Assembly (NCBI RefSeq): GCF_032191835.1
Contig: NC_083237.1
Span: forward strand, 18,228,001-18,292,000
Length of the DNA: 64,000 nt
Direction: 5' to 3'
Source of the DNA: Heteronotia binoei
Taxonomy: Eukaryota
Positions 22,090-32,969 of this stretch are shown one piece after another. Both the position numbers and the translations under genes were made by a program. Positions within the stretch are counted from its first letter, which is position 1; each line of letters starts with the position of its first letter. Under the pieces are notes generated by a model that saw only the letters and a list, made by a program, of their open reading frames with translations, was not told the origin of the DNA and did not search any database.

Positions 22090-22235
22090 CCTGGATGGCC
22101 CAGGCGAGCCCAATCTTGTCCAATCTCAGAAGCTAAGAAGGATTGGCCCTGGTTAGTATTTGGATGGGAGACCATCAAGGGTCAATGGGCAGAGGCAGGC
22201 GATGGCAAACCACCTCTGAATAGCTCTTGCCCGGA
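22090..22235 (+). mobile_element. 5S-rRNA-derived SINE with Sauria/BovB-like 3' part
   Basis: gaagctaag..ccctggttagtatttggatgggagacc resembles the 5S internal control region, followed by gatggcaaaccacctctg. Similar copies at 21482-21630, 32143-32290 and (-) 24860-25075. Confidence 0.75.
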
Positions 22236-22365
22236 AATCTTATAGGACCCCCAAAATTGGCTGCAAATTGACCACACTTTTCGCACGCACCTCAGCTTCG
22301 CAATACAATATCCTTCGTACACATATGCCGTTGTGCAGAGCTGTGGAAATAGTTCTATTTCTTGG

Positions 22366-22581
22366 GGAGGGACGGTGTCTCAGTGGTAGAGCTTCTGCTT
22401 GGCAAGCAGAAGGTCCCAGGTTCAATCCCTGGCATCTCCAGAAAAGGGTCCAGGCAAAATAGGCATGAAAAACCTCAGCTTGAGACCCTGGAGAGCCGCT
22501 GCCAGTCTGAGAAGACAATACTGACTTTGATGGACCGAGGGTCTGATTCAGTAGAAGGCAGCTTCAGATGTTCATATGTTC
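22366..22581 (+). mobile_element. tRNA-derived SINE with CR1-like tail (Squam2-like)
   Basis: A-box ctcagtggtagag, B-box ggttcaatccc, 3' gatggacc..ggtctgattcagtagaaggcagcttc..atgttc. Confidence 0.7.
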
Positions 22582-23544
22582 AATCTGAATTTCCTAATCA
22601 AAGCTGTTTGCCTTGTGGGGAGAAGATGCGGATGCCCAAATAGTGCCCTGTACATCTTTCCTGGCTGCAGGGCAAAGAGCTGTCCCAGACGGTGATCAAG
22701 ACTGTGAAAATGGTTCTGGTGCAAGCAAAAGGGTCAGCCACACAGAGACACACACTGAGACAGCCCAGAACCTACTAAGGCAGTCTGGGATCCCTTTGCA
22801 GGCACACTGTTATCACTCATAGGCTGGAAGAGTTAAGGGAGGATAGATGATACAATAACCCCCAGGGCTTTCTTTGTAGAAAAAGCCCAGCAGGGACTCA
22901 TTTGCATATTAGGCCACACACACTGGCATCACCATTGTTTCACACAGGGCTTTTTGTGGGGAAAAGCTCAGCAGAACCTCATTTGCATATTAGGCCACAC
23001 CCCCTTGTGCCGAGCCAGCTGGGGCTGCGTTCCTGTGAGTTCCTGCTCAAAAAAAAAAAAACACCCTGATAATCCCTATATACAGTGGAGATTTTTTGAG
23101 CAGGATGACACAGGTATGCAGTTTTGGCTGGCTTGGTGTCAGAGGGTGTGGCCAAATATGCAAATAAGTTCCTGCTGGGCTTTTCCTACAGAAAAACCCC
23201 GGTGTGAAACAATGGTGATGTCTTGGGGTGTGGCCTAATATGCAAATATGTTCATGATGGGCTTTTTCTACCAAAAAAAGCCCTGCTTGTATATTATAGA
23301 ATGAACACAGTAATGGAGATCTGTTGCTTTTTTCGTGATCAGCCACAACTGCATGATTTTTGTGCCATCGCTGAAATACAATAAAATCCAATGAGACGCA
23401 AAACCACCACCCCGTTTTTGTTTTCACAGAATGTCTGGCACTAATGCATTCTAAGCAGTGGCTGAGCTCCCATCAGAATTCAGAGCTAGTGTCTGAAGTC
23501 TTTCAAAAACAATCAGAAAATAACTGCCCTTTTGGAGCTCAGAT

Positions 23545-23830
23545 TCAGAAGAAGAAGAAGATGATATTGGATTTAGATCCCGCCCTCCACTCCAAAGAGT
23601 CTCAGAGCAGCTCACTATCTCCTTTACCTTCCTCCCCCACAACAGACACCCTGTGAGGGGGGTGGGGCTGGAGAGGGCTCTCACAGCAGCTGCACTTTCA
23701 AGGACAACCTCTGCCAGAACTATGACTGACCCAAGGCCATTCCAGCAGGTGCAAGTGGAGGAGTGGGGAATCAAACCAGATTCTCCCAGATAAGAGTCCG
23801 CACACTTAACCACTACACCAAACCGGCTCT
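23545..23830 (-). mobile_element. Squam3-like SINE (paralog 37748-38025)
   Basis: Same consensus, reversed. Confidence 0.8.
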
Positions 23831-23968
23831 TCAGCATCACAGACTCCTGTTGTCCCCTTTCCCACCAGCACACCACAAATATGAGAATGCCCGGTTGCTT
23901 CTTTGTAGGACCTCTTTTGAGCCAGAGGGGACGGGAAGAGCAGGTATGGTCTATCACAGCGGAAGAGG

Positions 23969-24398
23969 CAGGGTCACCAATTCCCAGGTGAGGACGCGCT
24001 CTATTATTCCCTATGGAGACCAATTCCCTTAGGGTATAATGGAGAATTGATCTGCAGGTATCTGAGACCCTGGGGGGGGGTTGTTTTTTGAGTTAGATGC
24101 ACCAAATTTTCAGCATGACATCTGGCACCTCTCTTCAAAACACCCTCCAAGTTTCAAAAAGATTGGACTAGGGGGGTCCAATTCTAGGAGTCCCAAAAGA
24201 AGGTGCCCCTATCTTTCATTATTTCCAAGGGAGGAAAGGCATTTATAAGGTGTGCAGTCCCTTTAAGTGTGATGGCCAGAACTCCCTTTGGTGTTCAATT
24301 ATGCTTTTCACACACTTGCTCTTGACTCCACCCCCAAAGTCTTCTGGCTCCACCCCCAAAGTCACCAGATGTTTCTTGAATTGGACCTAGCAATCCTA
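23969..24398. mobile_element. hAT (Tip100-like) MITE (paralog 38164-38532)
   Basis: Same family; decayed TIRs and TSD. Confidence 0.75.
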
Positions 24399-25097
24399 GG
24401 GAGAGCAATCACTAGGAGGGATAGCAGTAACCAAACATGGTGCCTGGGTCCCCAGCCTCAGCTGCTGTACACCCACAGTGCCTGGATAACGCCCTGGTTG
24501 CAGTTATGGAGATCCCCATGCCCAGGCCAGGTACAGTTACCAATCTCCTGGTGAATGCTGGAGATCTCCCAGAATTACAGCTGATCTCTAAACTACCAAA
24601 ATCTGTTCCCCTAGAGAAAATGGCTGCTTTGGAGGGTGGATTCTATAACATTATTCCATTCTACACCCTTTTCCTTCCCAAAATCCCACCCACCACAGGT
24701 TCCAACAGCCTGAAGAGCCTTTCTCCAGCTTAACCGGCTCAGGTAATCATAATTATGGTACAGCAGTGTGTGCAGTATAGCCAGGAGATCCTAAGATTGT
24801 ATGGCATCCAGAAGTTCTAACTCTTAGCATTGTACAGCATCAGGTGGCGAGCTAGACTTGCTTTTAAAGCAAGAGGCATTTCACAGGTGGTTTGCCATTG
24901 CCTGGCTCTGTGTCATACACCTGGCATTCTTTGGAGGTCACCCTTCCACATTCTAGCCAAGGCTGAGCCTGGTATTCCTTGGAGGTCACCCGTCCAAATA
25001 CTAGCTATAGTTGACACCGTTTAGCTTCCAAGATCTGACAGGATCGGGCTATCCTGGGCTATCCAGGTCAGGGTTTAAGCGGTTCTTCCTCCACTGG

Positions 25098-25370
25098 AAG
25101 AGCCAGTTTGGTGTAGTGGTTAAGTGTGCGGAGTCTTACCTGAGAGAACCGGGTTTGATTCCCCACTCCTCCACTTGCACCTGCTGGAATGGCCTTGGGT
25201 CAGCTGTGGCTTTCACAGGAGTTGTCCTTAAAAGGGCAGCTGCTGTAAAAGCTTTCTCTGTCCCACCCACCTCACAGGGTGTCTGTTGTGGGGGAGGAAG
25301 GTAAAGGAGATTGTGACCGCTCTGGGATTCAGAGTGTAAAGCGGAGTATAAATCCAATATCTTCTTCTAC
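25098..25370 (+). mobile_element. Squam3-like SINE (paralog 43861-44110, interrupted by L1)
   Basis: Same consensus. Confidence 0.8.
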
Positions 25371-25548
25371 TACTACTTAAGTTGGATGAAGGCTCCTTGT
25401 TTTGGAAGAAATCTTCTGTGATAGCATGAAGGTCTTTCTCCAACTTAAGTAGCTCCAGAAAAGCAACTTGCTGAAATAAGCCCTCTTAGATTGGTTGAAG
25501 GCTTGAAACATAAGCCAGAAAGAAAGCTGAGGCATAAATACTTGAAAT

Positions 25549-25685
25549 CAGGGGTGGCCAACGGTAGCTCTCCAGATGTTTTTTTGCCTACAACTCCCAT
25601 CAGCCCCAGCCAGCATGGCTGATGGCTGGGGCTGATGGGAGTTGTAGGCGAAAAACATCTGGAGAGCTACCGTTGGCCATCCCTG
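25549..25685. mobile_element. Palindromic hAT (Charlie-like) MITE (paralog 44288-44424)
   Basis: TSD ctttaaat, perfect in the paralog. Confidence 0.85.
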
Positions 25686-26704
25686 CTTTAAATAATCAAT
25701 AAAATGTGATCAATGGAGTGGTAGGATAGTGGCATGATCCACCCCACTATATGCAGGGAAAGAGTCTTGAAACCATATTGTGATGGGGCTCCTTCCCTTG
25801 GGAGGAGCGTATACAGGACAGGGTAAATTTTATTTTGCAAATGGAATCTTCTTCTATCACCCATCCACAAAAGAATATCATCCCAAACCCATCCTTGCTT
25901 ACAAATTCATTTCAGCACTCTTAATGGTCAGTGTGCAAAATACACAGAATTAATGGAAATATTACCAGTGAAAACTGTTTATGTGCCATGGCGCCTGAGG
26001 GAGTCAGTCTGACTTGAGATTTTGTTTTCGTAGGTAATTGTGTCACTCTCCCAGGACACACTCTCTAGGGCCACTATATATTAAGAGTTACACGAAAGCT
26101 GTGATTGACATATATACCCATGCTTCCTCCCCATAGCCTAGCAGTGAAATTACCAGACGCTACCGTTAGACACAGGCTCAACACACAGAAAATCCTGATG
26201 CGGCGCTTGTGGTAAACCTTCTGATAGATGCAGCAGCATTAGGAATACTACAGCAGTGCAGAAATGGGAACTGTTTCCTAAGTCAAGGAGGCTGAGGCCT
26301 AAATTCGTGCTGAGCCCACAATCAAGAGAAACGAGCTCTTCTACCAGAAAACCTTTATAGAGCATTGGTAAATTAGGGGAAACCAGTGTCAATGACTGAG
26401 TCTTTCACATAGTCAAGATTAAAAGACTTCACAGAAAATATATTTTTGTTGCTTTTTATATCTAGTAATTTATAGTTAGTCATAATAATAGCTCCTTGAA
26501 AGGAATAATCCCATTTCTACAAGATCTTCTATGGTCCTGTAGCTACGATGTACATGATTCCAGGCATAGAATGGGTGAGGACTGCCTGCCCTTTCACCAA
26601 TTCTATGTCTGCACAGCCTTTCTTTTTCAAGTGAAAGGGATAAATACATACACAGAGGATTCCTGATTACAGCAAGTGACTGCCTTTCTGTTGTCTGATT
26701 CCAC

Positions 26705-27655
26705 ATGGATCCAGCCAATGGGACCAGAGTGCAGGAATTCATTTTGCTGGGGTTTGGAGTCGGGCAGCAGAAGCGCTTCTGGCTGCTCGTCTTCTTCACC
26801 ATTCTCTATGTGTTCACCTTGGCTGAGAATGTCACCATCATCGTACTGGTGGTTCTAGATGCCCAGCTGGCCCGGCTTCCTATGTACATCTTGCTGAGCA
26901 ACTTCTCCTGGCTTGAGATGTGTTACGTGACTTCTACTGTGCCCCGGATGCTGTTTGACCTGGCATCTACCCAAGGGATCATCTCCTTCAACGCCTGCTT
27001 CCTACAGTTTTATATCTTCTTCTCTCTTGGGGACACAGAATGTTTATTCCTCTCAGCCATGGCTTTGGACCGGTACTTGGCTATTTGCCACCCACTTCGC
27101 TACACACAGATTATGTCCTCCGATTTCTGCTATGCTCTGATGGTAACCTGTTGGGTTCTTGGGTTCCTGTGGCATATTTTTCCGGTGCTCTTGATATCCA
27201 ACTTGTCCTTCTGTGGCCCAAATGTAATTGATCACTTTTTGTGTGATCCAGGACCTATTTTGTCTTTGGCCTGCCCTCCGGTACAGAACTTTCCCGTCAT
27301 TAGTCAAATTGTTGCAGACACCCTGGTAATTCTGGGTAATTTCCTCTTTGTGGTGTTATCCTATGGTGCTGTGATTCTCACCCTGATGAAAACTTCCAAC
27401 CGAGACAATCGTATGAAGGCATTCTCTACCATATCTTTCCACTTGGTGGTGGTGATGATCTTCTATGGTCCTGTAGCTACGATGTACATGATTCCAGGCA
27501 GAGAAAGTCAGTCAGAGGTGGCTAAGTTAGTAACGGTGTTCTACACTGCTGTGACACCCTTTCTCAATCCCCTCATCTACAGTCTGAGGAATGATCAGGT
27601 GAAGGAGGCACTGTGGAGATTGAGAAAGAGAAAGATGAGAATATTGAGGAGATAG
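26705..27655 (+). CDS. Olfactory receptor, OR11-family-like, intact (316 aa); copy 1 of a duplicated pair
   Basis: Full OR motif set; paralog of 45403-46353. Confidence 0.95.
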   Translation: MDPANGTRVQEFILLGFGVGQQKRFWLLVFFTILYVFTLAENVTIIVLVVLDAQLARLPMYILLSNFSWLEMCYVTSTVPRMLFDLASTQGIISFNACFLQFYIFFSLGDTECLFLSAMALDRYLAICHPLRYTQIMSSDFCYALMVTCWVLGFLWHIFPVLLISNLSFCGPNVIDHFLCDPGPILSLACPPVQNFPVISQIVADTLVILGNFLFVVLSYGAVILTLMKTSNRDNRMKAFSTISFHLVVVMIFYGPVATMYMIPGRESQSEVAKLVTVFYTAVTPFLNPLIYSLRNDQVKEALWRLRKRKMRILRR

Positions 27656-27714
27656 GCTGGCCAGCCTCCGGGTGGGTGACTGGAGAAAAATCCAAGGTTT
27701 CCCTGATTACCAGT

Positions 27715-28075
27715 TTCAATCAAGTAGAATTCTGGAGAAGAATCTTGAGAGTCCCTCGGACTGCAAGAAGATCAAATCAGTCAGACCTAAGGGAAATCAA
27801 CCCCGACTGTTCCCTGGAAGGTCAGATGCTGAAGCTGAAGCTCAAATATTTTGGCCACCAAATGAGAAGGGAGCACTCCCTGGAGAAGATCCTGATGCTG
27901 GGAAAGACAGAAGGCAAAAGAAGAAGGGGACGGTTGGACAGCGTTACTGATGTTACTAACACAAATTTGAGCAGACTTCGGAGGATGGTGGAATACAGGA
28001 GGGCCTGGCATGACTTTGTCGATGGGGTCACAAAGAGTCAGACTGGACTTGAGACTGAACAACAAGAAGATGAAT
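27715..28075 (+). mobile_element. RTE-BovB 3' fragment
   Basis: WRRILRVP..LKLKYFGH.MRR..LEK.LMLGK.EGKRRRGR; ggggtcacaaagagtc end. Confidence 0.88.
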
Positions 28076-28146
28076 TACTGCAAGGTATGTTTCTTAGAAT
28101 ATTTGGGTGTATTTTCTTGTTTATTTCTATGTGACTTAATTTGTAT

Positions 28147-28186
<40 letters not shown>

Positions 28187-28187
28187 G
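28147..28187. repeat. (TA)n(CA)n microsatellite (paralog ~46965-46997)
   Basis: Direct reading. Confidence 0.9.
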
Positions 28188-29197
28188 CTGGATAACGCGA
28201 ACGTGAAATGGGAGGTTAAAAGTACTGCCTCATTGCTGCCAAGACTGCCAAGCTGTTTATTGAGCACGAAGCGCTGCACAATTTGAAGTCTTTTGGAACT
28301 GAGGACATTTTAATGGGAATAATGGCCTTTTGGACCTTGGTGCAATGAAGCTGCACATTAATTTGTTTATGAATTATTTACACCAAGGCCCCTGTGTATG
28401 AAGTGTTCCATTCTGTAAGGGTATGTTTATGAAGTTATGAATTTATGAGAGTGTGTTATTATATTTGATATATTTGCAAGTCTCCTTTGAAGTTGTTTTA
28501 CTTGATTGAGGCTTGTAATCACGGAAACTTTGGGTTTTTCTTCAGTCACTCTCGACTGTGATTCTCTATTTTGGTTGCACAGCCTCCAGGTGGGGCTTGG
28601 AGATGTCCCAGTTTCTCAACTGATCTCCATCTGGCAGAGATAAGCTCCCCTAGAGAAAATGTGAATGCTGGATTCTATGGCATTGCACCATGCTGAAGCC
28701 CCTCCCCTCCCCAAACCCCACCTTCTCCTGGATCCACCCCCAAAGTCTACATGTATTTTCCAATGCAGACCTGGCAAACCTATGAGGAGAAGGGTGACAG
28801 GTTTAAAAGACAAATCAAAAAGAGAAAGCAACCTGTCTTCTAAGAGGTGTTGTTGAAGATATTTGGAGACTTCAGGCTGCACAGAGAGATACCTGCTGGA
28901 ACAGGGAGACAGGCCCATTTTAAACCAGTTAAATTTCCTGCCGTTCTGTTTCTGGATACAATTCAAGGTGCTGGTTTTAATATTTATAGCACTTTATGAG
29001 GAATGTTTTCTGTCCATGTTACCTTGTATTGAGTTTATATGATTTAATGAATAGAATAAAATGGATTTATCTGTTCTACGATTATCTGCATTGAGCAGGG
29101 AGTTGAACTAGATGATGTAAAAATCTCAGGTCTTTGGATGTATCAGTAGTACCTTCCAGGGTCTTCTGGTATCCACTGGGATTGGTAGGGTGGGGCA

Positions 29198-29476
29198 CTG
29201 AAGAAGAAGAGAATGTCGGATTTATATCCCGCCCTCCACTCTAAATATCAGAGTGGCTTACAATCTCCTTTATCTTCCTCCTCCACAACAAACACCTTGT
29301 GAGGTGGGTGGGGCTGAAAGAGCTCTGACAGCAGCTGCCCTTTCAAGGACAACTCCTATGATAGCTATAGCTCACCCAAGGCCATTCCAGCAGCTGCAAG
29401 TGGAGGAGTGGGGAATCAAACCCGGTTCTCCCAGATAAGAGTCCGCACACTTAACCACTACACCAAACTGGCTCTC
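29198..29476 (-). mobile_element. Squam3-like SINE, absent from duplication copy 2
   Basis: Same consensus, reversed. Confidence 0.8.
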
Positions 29477-29693
29477 ATTGGTGAGCAGAATCAACTCAGT
29501 CTGGTTTTGCCCTCCTCCCCCTCACTTACTGCACTGCCTAAGAAGACAACTGCATATGGTGGACCATCTGGGAAAATTGTACAAAAGAATACCAACCCTT
29601 TTAGGGGGTGCTGCCCTAAGGCAACCTCTCCTTTGGCAACTGGGTTTGCAACTACGGTTGGCAACTGGGTTTGCAACTACGGTTTGCAACTAC

Positions 29694-29988
29694 TGCCCCG
29701 TGGAGCAGAGTGGTAAAGCTGCAGTACTGCAATCTGAACTCTCTGCTCATGACCTGAGTTCGATTCCGGTGGAAGCTGAATTCAGGTAGCCGGCTCAAGG
29801 TTGACTCAGCCTTCCATCCTTCTGAGGTCGGTAACATGAGTACCCAGCTTGCTGGGGGGAAAGCGTAGATGACTGGGGAAGGCAATGGCAAACCACCCCG
29901 TAAAAAGTCTGCCGTGAAAACATCATGATGCAACATCACCCCAGAGTCGCAAACGACTGGTGCTTGCACAGGGGACCTTTCCTTTTCC
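29694..29988 (+). mobile_element. Sauria SINE
   Basis: TSD ttgcaactac; the left flank carries extra tandem copies of it. Confidence 0.85.
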
Positions 29989-30386
29989 TTGCAACTACAG
30001 TAGCAGTGTCCAATTCAGGAGAGAAATCCTGCCACACTCTCCCCTCCCTTCCCTCAAACCTATTGCTCAACAAACATTACCAAAATATCAAGTTTTATGG
30101 GACAAAAGAAGGATATGAGTACTGCAGGTCTCATCTCACTCCCTTAGCCAGCCAGGGTTGCCAGGTTTGCGTTGGAAAATACCTGTTGACTTTGGAGGTG
30201 GGGCCAGGAGAGGGTGGGGTTGGGGAAGGGGAGGAGCCTCAGCATGGTACGATGCCATAAAGTCCACCCTTCCAAGTAGCCATTTTCTCCAGGGGAGCCG
30301 ATCTCACCCAGCTGGAGCCGTGTTGTGAAAGTGGGAGGTCTCCAGGCCCCACCTGGAGGCTTCACAATGTAAACGGGACCACGGAG

Positions 30387-30890
30387 GTTGCCTGTGGCAC
30401 ATTATCCCAGTGGTTTTGATCTCCACGTTGTCCTTCTGCGGCCCCAACATCATCGACCACTTTTTTGTGTGATCCTGTGCCCATTTTGTCCCAGGCCTGC
30501 CCCTCACTAGCCATAGCCCCCACTGTGTACAAGATTTTTATGAATGCTGTTGTCGTAAGCAACGTCTCTTTTGTTGTGGTGTCCTATAGTGCTGTGACTT
30601 TCACCCTGCTGAAAGCCTCCAACAGAGGCAATTGCAGGAAGGCCTTCTCCACCATATCTTTACACTTAGTGGCGGTGACCCTCTTCTATGGTTCTGTGGC
30701 AGAGATGTACTTGACTCCGGGTGGAGAAAATAAATCAGAGGTCACGAAGGCTGTCACCCTTTTCTACCCTGCCGTGACACCCTTTCTCAACCCCCTGATC
30801 TACTGTCTCAGGAACGATCAGGTGAAGGAGGCGCTGGGCAGGTTGGTGAAGAAAAAGGAGAGGTTGCAGAGGAAAACCATGACAGTGTAA
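30387..30890 (+). pseudogene. 5'-truncated OR (TM4 to C-terminus), duplicate of the 3' half of 20229-21188
   Basis: ~97% identical to 20686-21188 (about 14 differences counted by eye). It starts abruptly after non-OR sequence (gggaccacggag|gttgcctgtggc) and lacks TM1-3. Confidence 0.92.
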
Positions 30891-32969
30891 AAAGGGGGAA
30901 AGAATGAAGAAACTGACGTTGAAACATCCAGTGATTAAAAGGAACCCCTCTCCTTTTGTGAATCCAGCTTTCATCTTCTGGACAACTTCATCTTCCAGTC
31001 CAACTCCTAACTCTGATATGAGTGGGTTAAACATGAGCCTTTCTGTGCGGTGATTGCCATGTCAAGGTGGACATAGAGTTGCCAGTTCCTCCTCTGGAGA
31101 AGGTGGAGGTTCCCCTACTACCAGGCCCTGCCCCCCTCACTGCTGATCATGTGACCAGTGGAAGGATTTACCAGGACAGGGAGGGATGTCCAGGCTACAT
31201 TTCCGGTGACATGCTGTTGTCATTTCCAGGGTGCACCGGAAGTGACATCATTACATTGGCAACGTTGCAGTGACACTTTGGTATCTGGGCAAAAACTCTA
31301 CAATAGAAGCCATTTTTACCACAGAGTACCAAAGCTTTGCCATGACATCACAGGATGATGATGTTGCTTCTGGTGCACGCACGCCTGAAGTGGCATAGCC
31401 ATGTCATCAGCTATGTCGGCTGGGCCTCCCTCCTGCTCCTGGTAAGCCCCTGCCGGTCGCTAGGAGAGACTTGGCAACCTTAGATGGACACATTGTCTGT
31501 TTGCTCCCTATTTCTTTTGTTGCCTGGTCAGGAAGGCCAGAGACTGAACTGAGGAAAGCAAAGTGACCAACCTCAAGGTAGGGCTTGTAGTTGTTGCAGA
31601 ACCACACTTGATTCCTAGGGTGTAGGGATAAATTCCCCTGAAGGAACTGGCAGCTTGGGGTGGGGGTGGACTTACTCTGCTGAGGCACTGCCCCTAAACC
31701 TCCTGGCATTTCCAAAGATGGGGTTGGCAACCATAGGAAATGATGAGGGAAGAGCCTACTAGTTGCCTGGCAACTACATAGAAGTACAAGGATGACCCCT
31801 GCTTGCTTTGAGAACCAGGATATGAGGAGGGGAAAGTGGAGGTCTCTAAAATGATCTCCCATCTAGGGCTTTTTTTGTAGCAGGAACTCCTTTGCGTACT
31901 AGGCCACACACCCCTGATGTAGCCAATCCACTTGGAGCTTACAGTAGGCCCTGTAAGAAGAGCCCTGTAAGCTCTTGGAGGATTGGTTACATCAGGGGGG
32001 CGTGGCCTAATAAAGGAGTTCCTGCTATTAAAAAAAAGCCCTGCTCCCATCATTTTTCAAATGGCAAATAGCAGCAGTGGATGGAGGGAAGGGGAGCAGA
32101 TTGGGCTGCAGGGTAGAGGAGAGAGGGGTCAGTCCTTTACTACATGGCCCAAGCTAACCAGATCTCATCAGATCTTAGAAGCTAAGCAGGGTCAGCCTTG
32201 GCTAGAATTTGGAAGGGTGACCTCCAAAGAATACCAGGATCATGACACTGAGGCAGGCAATGGTAAACCATCTCTGAAACATCTCTTGCTTACCACGCCG
32301 AGTGGTGCATAATGCTAAAAGAGCTAGAACTTCAGGCTGCCAGACAATCTTAAGATCTCCTGGCTATGCTACACACAATGCTGTATAATAATTATTACTA
32401 ATACTATTACTACTAGAGAGCCAGTTTGGTATAGTGGTTAAGTGTGTGGACTCCTATCTGGGAGAACCGGGTTTGATTCCCCACTCCTCCACTTGCACCT
32501 GCTAGCATGGCCTTGGGTCAGCCGTAGCTCTGGCAGAGGTAGTCCTTGAAAGGGCACCTTCTATGAGAGCTCTCTCAGCCCCACCCACCTCACATGGTGT
32601 CTGTTGTGGGGGAGGAAGGTAAAGGAGATTGTGAGCAGCTCTGAGTCTCTGATTCAGAGAGAAGGGCGGGGAATAAATCTGCAATTCTTCTTCTGATTAC
32701 CATGCTCTTTTCCGAATCTGAATTTCCTAATCGAAGCTGTTTGCCTTGTGGGAAGAAGATGCGGATGCCCAAATAGTGCCCTGTATATCTTTCCTGGCTG
32801 CAGGGCAAAGAGCTGTCCCAGACGGTGATCAAGACTGTGAAAATGGTTCAGGCGCAAGCAAAAGGGTCAGCCACACAGAGACACACACTGAGACAGCCCT
32901 GAACCTACTAAGGCAGTCTGGGATCCCTTTGCAGGCACACTGTTATCACTCATAGGCTGGAAGAGTTAA

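Larger units (their letters stand above)
20685..30386 (+). repeat. Tandem segmental duplication, copy 1
   Basis: Colinear with 30386-48692 (OR 3' half, SINEs, MITEs, OR, BovB, Sauria SINE). Confidence 0.92.

Noticed and set aside
21482-22235. 5S rRNA genes
   Set aside because: Only a diverged 5S internal segment fused to a BovB-like tail; these are SINEs.
22366-22440. tRNA gene
   Set aside because: A/B boxes continue into a SINE body and CR1-like tail; no clean cloverleaf.
29636-29693. Short direct-repeat array (gcaactacgg/gcaactggg) as a CRISPR-like structure
   Set aside because: Local tandem expansion of a SINE target-site duplication; vertebrate DNA with no spacers or cas genes.
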